Assembly (NCBI GenBank): GCA_030037695.1
Contig: JASHQF010000020.1
Span: 1 to 38,395 of the forward strand
Source: Thermoplasmata archaeon
Lineage (GTDB): Archaea > Thermoplasmatota > Thermoplasmata > Lutacidiplasmatales > UBA184
DNA: 38,395 bases
Direction of reading: 5' to 3'
The notes below the pieces were generated by a model. That model did no database searches. It was not told the DNA's origin and saw nothing but the letters and a program-made list of their open reading frames with translations. This document shows, piece by piece, positions 26,451 through 34,724 of the stretch. The stretch's first letter is position 1. Every line of letters begins with the position of its first letter. Made by a program: the position numbers and the translations under genes.

Positions 26451-27599
26451 TCACTCGGTCAGGTTCGTCGTGATGATCCGGTCGAACGAGGCCGGCTTCG
26501 GGGGCCATCCGTCGGTCATGTAGGCGCGGAACCCGTCCCGGGTCGTGTCGCGGAGCGCATCGTTCGTCCTGCGCTCGAAGCCGATCGTCGTCGAGTACCG
26601 TTCGGGGGGCGGGAGCCCGTGGATCGCCCCGTAGTGCGCGGGGAACACCTCCGTGTCGTCCGGCAAGCGCAGCAGTTTCTCCGTGAGGCTCGCCCAGAGG
26701 AGGTCGACGTCTCCCGTGCCGAGGTCCGCGCGTCCGCACGACCCCGGCAGGAGCGTGTCGCCGGTCAGCACGGCCCCGTCCGAGCGCAGGCTCAGGTGGT
26801 CGAGCGTGTGTCCCGGCGTCTCGAGGACGGTCAGCTCCGCGCGCCCGTAGGGGATCGCCTCGTCCTCCGAGAGGGTCCGGTGCGGGTACTGCGCCTCGGA
26901 CCGGGTCCCGACGTAGATCGGGGCGTCGGTGCGGAGATGGAGCCGGGCGTGGCCCGAGAGGTGGTCGGCATGCGTGTGCGTCTCCACGATCGCTGCGAGC
27001 CGCAGCCGCCGGCGTCGTAGGGCCTGAAGGTACGGCGCGACCTCCCGACCCGGGTCGACGATCACCGCCTCCCGGGACGAGCGGTCGTAGAGCAGGTACG
27101 CGAGACATCCGGTCGAGACGTTCGGGAACTGCTGGAGGACCCGTCCCACGGAAGGGTCGCTCGCGTACCGTGGGATCGTAGGGTCGACGAGTCGTGCGTA
27201 ATCGTCGATCCCACCGGAGAGGAGCGCCACCTCGCTGCGGCCGGCGCGGAGCAGCAGCTCCACCGCCCGGCGTGAGGTGCCGCCGTGATGGCAGTAGACG
27301 ACGATCGGGACGTCCCGCGGGAGCTCGGAGGCGCGGGCGGGCAGTTGCTCGAGGGGGATCCAGCGATCGTCCGGCAAACGCGCGATCGCTCGCTCGGGGC
27401 GGGGCCGGACGTCCAGCAGGGTGGGGGGCCGGCGCCCGCCTACCAGCGCGGCCAGCTCGGCACAGTCGATCTCCGGGACGAACGGCCCTTCGGCCGTGGG
27501 AAATCCGTGGGCCGGCATCCTGCGGCGATGCGAGCCGCCCGCGGGGCGGGAGGACCGAAGACGGGCCCCCTGGGGCAGGTTCGCCGTACTGCCGGTCAC
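26451..27599 (-). CDS. rhodanese + persulfide dioxygenase-like metallo-beta-lactamase fusion
   Basis: N-terminal rhodanese LDVR..VYCHHGGTS..GGID..VDPTIPRY. C-terminal MBL ETHTHADHLSG, TPGHT, TGDTL, CGRADL, FPAH, TIGFERRTN. GTGA overlap with the upstream stop (alternative ATG 27518). Confidence 0.88.
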   Translation of the reverse strand: MTGSTANLPQGARLRSSRPAGGSHRRRMPAHGFPTAEGPFVPEIDCAELAALVGGRRPPTLLDVRPRPERAIARLPDDRWIPLEQLPARASELPRDVPIVVYCHHGGTSRRAVELLLRAGRSEVALLSGGIDDYARLVDPTIPRYASDPSVGRVLQQFPNVSTGCLAYLLYDRSSREAVIVDPGREVAPYLQALRRRRLRLAAIVETHTHADHLSGHARLHLRTDAPIYVGTRSEAQYPHRTLSEDEAIPYGRAELTVLETPGHTLDHLSLRSDGAVLTGDTLLPGSCGRADLGTGDVDLLWASLTEKLLRLPDDTEVFPAHYGAIHGLPPPERYSTTIGFERRTNDALRDTTRDGFRAYMTDGWPPKPASFDRIITTNLTE

Positions 27600-28753
27600 T
27601 CGACCACCACCGGCACCGACTGGATCGCGTTGTTGCCGTACTGGAAGTCGTTGTCGTCGGCGCTCTCGGGCTGCACCTCACCTTGGGCATCGGCCGCCCG
27701 TGCCCGCACCACGGTCGGGCCGGGCCTCGCGGGGGACCAGCTGTACGACCAGTCGGACCAGTCGTACGGTCCCTCGCCCGGGACGAGCTCGGCCGCTCTC
27801 CACCCTTCTCCGACGTCCACGTCGACCCGCGTCACGGGAGATCCCCCGGACCAGGCTCGACCGTGGACGACCTGTCGCGGTGCCCGGGCGATGCGCTCGC
27901 CCGGCGTCGGCGTGACGATGATCGACTTCACGCGCAGACGCGTGACCGGGCGGGAGACCGCGCGGCCGTCCTGGAGTCGTCGGTAGACGTACCGGGACCG
28001 TTGGTAGTAGCCGCGGAACGGGGAGCGACGGACGGCGATCTGCGTGAGCCACTTCACCCACGCCATGCCGTACCAGCCCGGGACGACGAGCCGGACCGGG
28101 CCCCCGTGCTCCGGCCGGAGGGGCTCGCCGTTCATCCGAAGGGCGACCACCGCGGTGCCGCGGGCGGCCTCGGGCACGGAGAGGCTCCTCGCGAACGCGC
28201 GACGGCGGCCACCGACCTCACCCCGGTCGGCGCCCGAGAAGACGACCTCGCGGGCCGGGCCTCGAGGCGCGGCGTGGTCTAGCAACGTCGAGAGCCGGAC
28301 ACCCTCCCAGAGGGCGGCCCCGACCGCGCGATCGTCCCATCGGAGCTCCCCGTCGGCGGCCCGCGCGAACCGGGTGCGGCTGTTCCCCGCGCATTCGAGC
28401 GTCGCGGCGACGCGCGCCTGGGGGAGCTCCTCCAGCTCCTCGAGGGACCAGCGCCTGGGGTGCGCGACCGCTCCCCCGACCTCGAGGCGCCACGGGGTCG
28501 CAGGCTCGGCGGGCGTCGGGAAGTGGGACCGCACGAACAGCCCCTCGGCGGGGGTGCGGGCGGGGCCGAGCGCCGCGAGCGAGGTCGCCGCGTTCCCCGC
28601 GTCGACCCGAACGGGGGCGAGGGGGCCCTCGGGGGTCGGGATCGGTGCCCGGGGCCCGCGGACGGCCAGGGTCCCGCCCGCCGCCAGGTGGGGGCCCGAG
28701 CTGGGCGGGAACCTCCCGCGGCTCGGACGACGGGGCGGGCGCCGGTCGCTCAC
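27596..28753 (-). CDS. sulfite oxidase-family molybdoenzyme
   Basis: FVRSHFPTP, LECAGNSR (Mo-ligand Cys), HGGPVRLVVPGWYGMAWVKWL, C-terminal dimerisation domain GRAWSG..RARAADAQGEVQP. GTG 28753 overlaps the upstream TGA. Confidence 0.9.
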   Translation of the reverse strand: MSDRRPPRRPSRGRFPPSSGPHLAAGGTLAVRGPRAPIPTPEGPLAPVRVDAGNAATSLAALGPARTPAEGLFVRSHFPTPAEPATPWRLEVGGAVAHPRRWSLEELEELPQARVAATLECAGNSRTRFARAADGELRWDDRAVGAALWEGVRLSTLLDHAAPRGPAREVVFSGADRGEVGGRRRAFARSLSVPEAARGTAVVALRMNGEPLRPEHGGPVRLVVPGWYGMAWVKWLTQIAVRRSPFRGYYQRSRYVYRRLQDGRAVSRPVTRLRVKSIIVTPTPGERIARAPRQVVHGRAWSGGSPVTRVDVDVGEGWRAAELVPGEGPYDWSDWSYSWSPARPGPTVVRARAADAQGEVQPESADDNDFQYGNNAIQSVPVVVE

Positions 28754-29619
28754 GCGAGGCCACTTCCTCGCTCGATCGGAGTGCGGACCAGGTTCCCCCA
28801 CTCCGTCCAGGAGCCGTCGTAGTTGCGGACGTCCGGGTAGCCGAGCAGGTACCGGAGGACGAACCAGGTGTGGCTCGAACGCTCCCCGATCCGGCAGTAC
28901 GTGATCACGGGCGCGGACGAGGAGATCCCCTGGGCCCCGTAGAGATGCTCCAGCTCCTCGCGGGTCTTGAACGTCCCGTCGTCCTTCACGGCCTGGGCCC
29001 AGGGGATGTTCCTCGCTCCGGGGACGTGCCCGCCCCGCTGCGCGTGCTCCGTGGGGTACTCGGGCGGGGCGGTGAGCTCCCCGGAGAACTCCTTCGGGCC
29101 CCGGACGTCCACGAGGTGGACCTTCCGTTCCTGGACCTTCGGCAAGGCCGCGCGCACGTCGTCGAGGAACGCCCGGAGCTTCGCGTCCGCCGGCGTCCCT
29201 TCGAACGTCCCCCGGGCGGGGCGCGGAACCTCCTTCGTGAGCGGCCGATCCTCGGCGATCCACTTCTTCCGGCCGCCGTTCAGCAGCTTCACGTTCTTCG
29301 CCCCGTAGAGCGCGAGCACCCAGTAGGCGAACGCGGCGAACCAGTTGTTGAAGTCTCCGTAGAGCACGATCGTCGTCGTCGGCGAGATGCCGGACCGCCG
29401 GAGCAGCTCGGTGAGGGCCTCCTGGGAGAGGATGTCCCGCCGCACCGGGTCGTTCACATCCTTGCGCCAGTCGATCAGGACGGCCCCGGGGATGTGGCCG
29501 AACTCGTAGTTCGCGGTCGGGTCGTAATCGACCTCGGCGACGCGCACGTTCGGGTCGGTGAGGTGCGCGGCGACCCAGTCGGTCTCTGCCAGCGTCTCGG
29601 GGTGGGCGTAGGCTGCCAT
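28750..29619 (-). CDS. two-domain thiosulfate sulfurtransferase (rhodanese)
   Basis: GHIPGAV, LLNGGRKKW, LVDVRGPKEFSG, active-site loop YCRIGERS, NYDGSWTEW. Confidence 0.95.
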   Translation of the reverse strand: MAAYAHPETLAETDWVAAHLTDPNVRVAEVDYDPTANYEFGHIPGAVLIDWRKDVNDPVRRDILSQEALTELLRRSGISPTTTIVLYGDFNNWFAAFAYWVLALYGAKNVKLLNGGRKKWIAEDRPLTKEVPRPARGTFEGTPADAKLRAFLDDVRAALPKVQERKVHLVDVRGPKEFSGELTAPPEYPTEHAQRGGHVPGARNIPWAQAVKDDGTFKTREELEHLYGAQGISSSAPVITYCRIGERSSHTWFVLRYLLGYPDVRNYDGSWTEWGNLVRTPIERGSGLA

Positions 29620-29638
29620 GATCCTACGGGGCCGCGCT

Positions 29639-29673
29639 GGCTCTTAAATCCGGTCTATCGGTCCGTAAGAGCC
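29639..29673 (-). promoter_or_regulatory. TATA box of the sulfur operon inside an inverted repeat
   Basis: GGCTCTTA-N19-TAAGAGCC. The left arm overlaps TTTAAG (minus strand) about 25 nt upstream of ATG 29619. Confidence 0.45.
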
Positions 29674-29856
29674 TGAAGGTATTCCACGCCCGGTGCACCG
29701 CTCGGGTCCGCCCGCCAAGACGGTGGTTTCGAGGAGGATCGGGGCCGGTCCCGTCTCGGGCCCGTTCCGGATAGAGCTAGGTATTTATTGTCCGAGCTCC
29801 GACCCTGGAGGTCGACCGGCGTTCGGTGTCCCCGGCGCGGCGCAGACCCGTTGCTC

Positions 29857-30411
29857 TCAGCTTTGCGTCGGAGGAGGCGCGGCCGCCTTCGGTCGGGCCG
29901 TCCGGCGCCGCGGGGGCTTCTTCGCCTCCGTGCCCGGCTCCGCATCGGACGTGAGCCCGCCCTCCGCGGCAGGGGCCGGTCCGGCGGCTCCGGGGGTAGG
30001 GGGGGCCGGTGGGTTCGGAGCGGGCGGCGGCATCGAGGGAGCGCTCGGATCGGCCGGCCTCGGGGGGGAGGGCGGGGCGATCGGCGGCGGCGCGGACGGA
30101 GCCAGGGGCGGACTGCTCGGCGTCGGGGCGGGTGCCGGGCTGGTCACGGGTTTCGTCGCAGGCGCCCCGGGGCGGGGCGGGATCGGAACGAACTCGCCCG
30201 GACGCCACGTATGGGGCTGACGCAGGATCGTAGGGTCCTTGAGGAACAGGTCCGCGTGCCCGCAGCTTCGGCAGATCCGGGTCCCGAGCGAGAGCTCCCC
30301 GCCGGCCCGCAGCGAAAGGCTGCCCCGGCCGATCGAGCCGGTTTTCAGATTGTTGACCCAGACGAACTCGCCCGCGCCGCAGTTCGAGCAGACCGGTACC
30401 ACCGACGCCAC
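29857..30411 (-). CDS. CxxC..CxxC zinc-finger protein with Pro-rich, basic C-terminal tail
   Basis: CSNCG...ICRSCGHADLF, then Pro/Ala-rich low-complexity sequence and KKPPRRRTARPK. GTG 30411 lies about 28 nt downstream of a TTTAT box. Confidence 0.7.
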   Translation of the reverse strand: MASVVPVCSNCGAGEFVWVNNLKTGSIGRGSLSLRAGGELSLGTRICRSCGHADLFLKDPTILRQPHTWRPGEFVPIPPRPGAPATKPVTSPAPAPTPSSPPLAPSAPPPIAPPSPPRPADPSAPSMPPPAPNPPAPPTPGAAGPAPAAEGGLTSDAEPGTEAKKPPRRRTARPKAAAPPPTQS

Positions 30412-30518
30412 CTGCGGGTCGGTAGGGTCCGTCGACTGGATAAAGTTCCCGCGGGGGCCCGGGGCCGCGGGCAACTCCCTTGTAATCCCAGGGATTCCGG
30501 GCACCGGGGGTACCGAGC

Positions 30519-30977
30519 GTGCCGTTCGCCACGATCGCGGTCGCGATCGACGGCTCCGACACCGCCCGCGCCGCGCTCGCGGAGGCGATCGTGATCGCCC
30601 GCGCGTTCAGCTCGGCGGTGAGCGTGCTCGCGGTCGCGCCGTTCGCGCCGGTCTACGTCGCCCCGAACGAGCCGTTCGTCGTCCCGCCGATCCCGGAGAG
30701 TCCGGCGCCGAAGTACCGGGAGATGGTCGACGCCGCGGTCCGCGAGGTCCAGGGCGCCGGCGTGGCGCCGGTGACCGGCACCTGCCTGGAAGGGGTCGTG
30801 GTCGACGAGCTGCTCGCCTGGCTCGACGCCCACCCGACCGACCTGCTCGTCGTCGGCTCGCGCGGGCTCTCCACCGCCCAGCGGTTCCTGCTGGGGAGCG
30901 TGTCGACCGGGCTCGTCACGCGGGCGCCGTGCCCGGTGCTCGTCGTCCGCCCGAGGCCTACGAAGCCGACGGCGTGA
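30519..30977 (+). CDS. universal stress protein (UspA family)
   Basis: IAVAIDGS, DLLVVGSRG, FLLGSVS, APCPVLVVR. Confidence 0.93.
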   Translation: MPFATIAVAIDGSDTARAALAEAIVIARAFSSAVSVLAVAPFAPVYVAPNEPFVVPPIPESPAPKYREMVDAAVREVQGAGVAPVTGTCLEGVVVDELLAWLDAHPTDLLVVGSRGLSTAQRFLLGSVSTGLVTRAPCPVLVVRPRPTKPTA

Positions 30978-31464
30978 CGTAGAGGCGCGTCGGCACCGGC
31001 AGTTTGTGGGCGGCGCCCCGCAGGGCCTCCTTCGCCACTCCGATCCGTGCCTCGGTCGTGTAGACGGTGAGGATCTCCGCGCCGATCGGGGCCCGGACCG
31101 CGTGGCCCACGGCCTTGCCGAAGGCGCGCCGCATCCCGTCGGAGATACGGTCCGCGCCGGCGCCCATCGCCATCTTGTGCTCGCGCAGGATCTGGTGCGG
31201 GAACCGCCGGACCTTGAGGTGGAACTCGTTCGGTGCGCCGCGCTCCAGGATCCGTACGGCCTTGATCCGTGCGGCCTCGAGGGCGATGTCGCGGATCTGG
31301 CCGGCCTCCTCCGTGCCCAGCGTGAGCGTCCAGGGGAACTTCGCCGTCAGGTTCCCCGTGTCGAACTGCGTGACACGGACCGTCGGGATACCCCCCATGT
31401 ACTCCTGCCGGGTGTACACCTGCCCCTCGATCTTGCGGTACATCCGGGCCGGCTTGCGCGTCAT
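30958..31464 (-). CDS. rpl10e: 50S ribosomal protein uL16 (archaeal L10e)
   Basis: RKPARMYR, QIRDIALEAARI, FPHQILREHKMAMGAGADRISDGMRRAFGKAVG. Confidence 0.97.
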   Translation of the reverse strand: MTRKPARMYRKIEGQVYTRQEYMGGIPTVRVTQFDTGNLTAKFPWTLTLGTEEAGQIRDIALEAARIKAVRILERGAPNEFHLKVRRFPHQILREHKMAMGAGADRISDGMRRAFGKAVGHAVRAPIGAEILTVYTTEARIGVAKEALRGAAHKLPVPTRLYVTPSAS

Positions 31465-31491
31465 GGGGCGCGGGCGAGACCCCCTTGCCCT

Positions 31492-32463
31492 CTAAAGAGT
31501 TGCCGTCGCGCGCCGGGCTCCGGCGGTCTCCCCCGGGCGGCGGACGGGGCCCCGGGAGCCCGGCCCGAGGCGGGCGACGTGGGCGCCGCGGCCGCCCACC
31601 GTGGTCTCGAAGAAACAGATGCGGGCCGACCGGAGCCACCGGGTCCCGGCCGCCCAGGCCGCCTCGCGCTCGGCGACCGCGACGAAGCTCTCGCCGAACA
31701 TCGCCTGCGCGGCGACGAGGCCGCTCGCCCTCAGCCGTGCGAGCGTGGCCCGCAAGCGGGGCGAGGCGAGGCCTACCCGATCGGTGAACCGTCCTGAGCG
31801 TCGGACGAGCTCGAGGAGGTCCGGCGGGCCGCGCAACGTGAGGAGGCGGGCGGCCTCCCGTCGGAGACGGGCGAGCGTCCGCGCGCTGCCGAGGAGTCGC
31901 GACGTGGGGACGGGGGGCCCGACGACCCCGACCAGCACCCTGCCGCTCGCGCGGCGACGGACGACGCTCCCGTGAGGGGGGAGGCCCGGACGGGTGCGAG
32001 CTTCGAGCCCCGCCCCGAGGATCGCCGCGACCCCTCCGAGACCTCCGCCGCCGTAGAGATCGGCGAGGTGGGCGATCTCGATCGCCCGGGCCCGGGGCCG
32101 GCGTAGCAGGTGCGCGACCGCGAGGGCGGTGGCGAGCGCTCCGGCGGCGCTCGTCCCGAACCCCTGGCCGATCGGGACGTCGTGCCGTAGTCGCACGCGC
32201 AGCGTACCGCGCGCGCTCCCCCGGAGGCGTCGCGCCACCTCCTCGGAGATCCGCAGCCGACGCCCGTCCTCGCCGCGCACGGAGAGGAGGGAGCGGTCGC
32301 CCGGGGACCAGGTGGCGTCGGCGGTGACGCCCAGGGCGAGGACGATCCCGATCCCCCTCGAGCCGCGGGCCCGGGGATCGCGCGCCCCGGTCTCGGGCCG
32401 GACGATGCCCGTGACGTGGGCCGGCGCGAACGCCACCGCATGCCGCGCCCGGGCCCCGCCCAC
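31492..32463 (-). CDS. pok: pantoate kinase (GHMP family)
   Basis: AFAPAHVTG, GSRGIG, GHMP P-loop PIGQGFGTSAAGAL, AHLAD..GLGGV, QAMFGESF. Confidence 0.82.
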   Translation of the reverse strand: MGGARARHAVAFAPAHVTGIVRPETGARDPRARGSRGIGIVLALGVTADATWSPGDRSLLSVRGEDGRRLRISEEVARRLRGSARGTLRVRLRHDVPIGQGFGTSAAGALATALAVAHLLRRPRARAIEIAHLADLYGGGGLGGVAAILGAGLEARTRPGLPPHGSVVRRRASGRVLVGVVGPPVPTSRLLGSARTLARLRREAARLLTLRGPPDLLELVRRSGRFTDRVGLASPRLRATLARLRASGLVAAQAMFGESFVAVAEREAAWAAGTRWLRSARICFFETTVGGRGAHVARLGPGSRGPVRRPGETAGARRATATL

Positions 32464-32493
32464 CGCCGCCCCGGCGGCCGCGGACGTTCACTA

Positions 32494-32501
32494 CTTATAA
32501 G
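32494..32501. promoter_or_regulatory. palindromic TATA box between divergent pok and pan
   Basis: CTTATAAG is the only AT-rich element in the intergenic region. Confidence 0.55.
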
Positions 32502-32556
32502 CCGCCTCGCCTAGTACGGTCGCGGAGATCGACGTGGCAGGGGGCCGGGGGCGTCG

Positions 32557-33762
32557 ATGAGCGATTCGGAGACGCCGCCGGCGACCCACGAGACGTTCGA
32601 CCGGGTCAACTTCCTCGAGCTTCGCAACACCCAGCTCGCCGAGGCGATCAAGCGCGTCGAGAGCGAGCGCCACTACATGGAGGCGGAGATCCTGCGCCTC
32701 CAGCGCGAGGTGAAGCGCCTCAAGACGGAGCTCGACCGGCTCCGCTATCCCCCGCTGATCGTCGGGAGCGTCCGCGACGTCCTCACCGACGGACGCGTCG
32801 TCGTGAAGTCGTCGACCGGGCCGGACTTCGTCGTCAACGCCGCCGAGACCGTCGAGCACGGCAAGATCACCGTGGGAAGCCGCGTCGCGCTCAACAAGCA
32901 GACCCTCGCGGTCATGGGCGTCCTCCCGGCGTCGCTCGACCCGCTCGTCACGGCGAGCGAGATCGTCGACAAGCCGTCCGTCACGTACCAGGACATCGGG
33001 GGGCTGCCGGATCAGATCCGGGAGATCCGCGAGGCGGTGGAGTACCCGCTCCTGCGGGCGGAGCTGTACAAGAAGGTGGGCGTCGATCCGCCGAAGGGGG
33101 TCCTGCTCATCGGCTCCCCCGGGACGGGAAAGACGATGATCGCGAAGGCGGTCGCGCACCACACGAACGCGACGTTCGTGCGGCTCGTCGGCAGCGAGCT
33201 CGTCCAGAAGTACATCGGCGAGGGGGCGCGGCTCGTCCGCGAGCTGTTCCAGCTCGCGCGCGAGAAGGCGCCGACGATCATCTTCATCGACGAGGTCGAC
33301 TCGATCGGCGCGAAGCGCCTCGAGGTGGCGACGAGCGGCGACCGCGAGGTCCAGCGGACGCTGATGCAGCTGCTCGCGGAGATGGACGGCTTCGAGCCGC
33401 TCGCGAACGTGAAGATCATCGCGGCGACGAACCGACCCGACATCCTGGACGACGCACTCCTGCGACCGGGCCGGTTCGACCGGATCATCGAGGTGCCGGT
33501 CCCGTCGTTCACGGGTCGGGTCGAGATCTTCAAGATCCATACCCGCGGGATGGCCCTCCGCGAACCGATCGATTTCGAGACCCTCGCGGGCCGGTGCGGC
33601 GAGGCGACCGGCGCCGACATCCGGGCGATCTGCACCGAGGCGGGGATGTGGGCGATCCGCGAGGAGCGCGACAGCGTGACGACGGCGGACTTCGAGCGCG
33701 CGATCGAGAAGGTCGTGGGCGAGGAAGAGCTCCGGAAGGAGTCCGTCACGATGTTCGCCTGA
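32557..33762 (+). CDS. pan: proteasome-activating nucleotidase PAN
   Basis: N-terminal coiled coil, PPLIVG OB domain, Walker A GSPGTGKT, pore loop KYIGEG, Walker B IFIDEVD, SRH AATNRPDILDDALLRPGRFDR, HbYX-like C-terminus MFA. Confidence 0.95.
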   Translation: MSDSETPPATHETFDRVNFLELRNTQLAEAIKRVESERHYMEAEILRLQREVKRLKTELDRLRYPPLIVGSVRDVLTDGRVVVKSSTGPDFVVNAAETVEHGKITVGSRVALNKQTLAVMGVLPASLDPLVTASEIVDKPSVTYQDIGGLPDQIREIREAVEYPLLRAELYKKVGVDPPKGVLLIGSPGTGKTMIAKAVAHHTNATFVRLVGSELVQKYIGEGARLVRELFQLAREKAPTIIFIDEVDSIGAKRLEVATSGDREVQRTLMQLLAEMDGFEPLANVKIIAATNRPDILDDALLRPGRFDRIIEVPVPSFTGRVEIFKIHTRGMALREPIDFETLAGRCGEATGADIRAICTEAGMWAIREERDSVTTADFERAIEKVVGEEELRKESVTMFA

Positions 33763-33776
33763 CGCCCGCGCGGGGT

Positions 33777-34724
33777 TCAGGCGGGCGCGATCGCGCCGAG
33801 GCCGAGCCGCCCCAGGATCCGAGGCCCGCTCGCGACGGAGAGGTCGAACAGGTAGGCGGGGGACCCGGGTCGCGCCGCGACCGGTCGGTCCGCCACGACC
33901 GCCCCCTCGGCCGGGAGGAGGTGATCGACGATCGCCGGAACGATCTGCAGCCCGACCGCGACCTGGAGCTGGGCGCCGGGGCCCGCGTCGCCCCGGTAGT
34001 ATCGGCAGCGGGTGAACGTCCCGGTGAGACGCTGCCCGGGCTCGAAGCTCCCCTCGGGAGCGAGGACCTCGCCGCGGCTGACCTCGTCCGCGTCGACCCC
34101 CTTCAGGGCGACCCCCACGCGCTCCCCGCACGTCGCGTCGGTCCGATCGACGTCGTGGACCTGGATCGAGCGGACCTCCACGGTCTTCGGTCCGGGCCAC
34201 AGGCGGAGCCGGTCGTGGGCCCGGAGGGTGCCGCGTCGGACCACGCCGAGCGCGACCGTGCCGACCCCCTTGACCGGGAAGACGTGGTCGATCGGGACCT
34301 CGACCGGTCCCTCCACCTGGGCCGCCGCGAGCGTGTCGAGATGGGCGCGGAGCCGCAGCGGGTCGAGCGGGAGCGCCGTCGTCCCCTCGAGCCGCGTGCC
34401 CTTGAGCACCCGGGCGAGGTCCGCCTCGCCCACCGCCGGACCCGCGACGACCGTCGTCGGCACGCTCGCGAGATCGACGACCGCGATCGTCTCGGCGATC
34501 GGGCGCGAGAGCTCCTCGACCACGAGGAGCGCCCCGTCGGCCATCCCGAGGGCGACCGCGAGGGGGGCGATCTTCTCGGGGAACTGCGTCGGGGCGACCA
34601 GGGTGACGGCCCGATCGCCGTGCACGTCGTGGTAGAGCGTGACGTCCGAGACGGTCCCCTTCTTGCCGAGCTCGCCCGCGATCGCGGTCCCCCCGACGAT
34701 CGCGAGCGTGAGCGCCGCCGTCAT
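33777..34724 (-). CDS. archaeal SelB-like elongation-factor protein (aSelBL) with degenerate G domain
   Basis: ELGKKGTVSD, FPEKI, and EF-Tu domain II IDHVFPVKGVGTVALG..VRSIQVHD..GERVGVALKG. No GxxxxGKT P-loop. Confidence 0.85.
   Translation of the reverse strand: MTAALTLAIVGGTAIAGELGKKGTVSDVTLYHDVHGDRAVTLVAPTQFPEKIAPLAVALGMADGALLVVEELSRPIAETIAVVDLASVPTTVVAGPAVGEADLARVLKGTRLEGTTALPLDPLRLRAHLDTLAAAQVEGPVEVPIDHVFPVKGVGTVALGVVRRGTLRAHDRLRLWPGPKTVEVRSIQVHDVDRTDATCGERVGVALKGVDADEVSRGEVLAPEGSFEPGQRLTGTFTRCRYYRGDAGPGAQLQVAVGLQIVPAIVDHLLPAEGAVVADRPVAARPGSPAYLFDLSVASGPRILGRLGLGAIAPA

Noticed and set aside
28670-28753. Arg-rich N-terminus of the sulfite oxidase-family protein as a Tat signal
   Set aside because: No S/T-R-R-x-F-L consensus and no proper hydrophobic h-region.
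33777-34724. Selenocysteine machinery implied by SelB similarity
   Set aside because: The protein lacks the P-loop, and no selC, selD or readthrough TGA is evident; it fits aSelBL instead.
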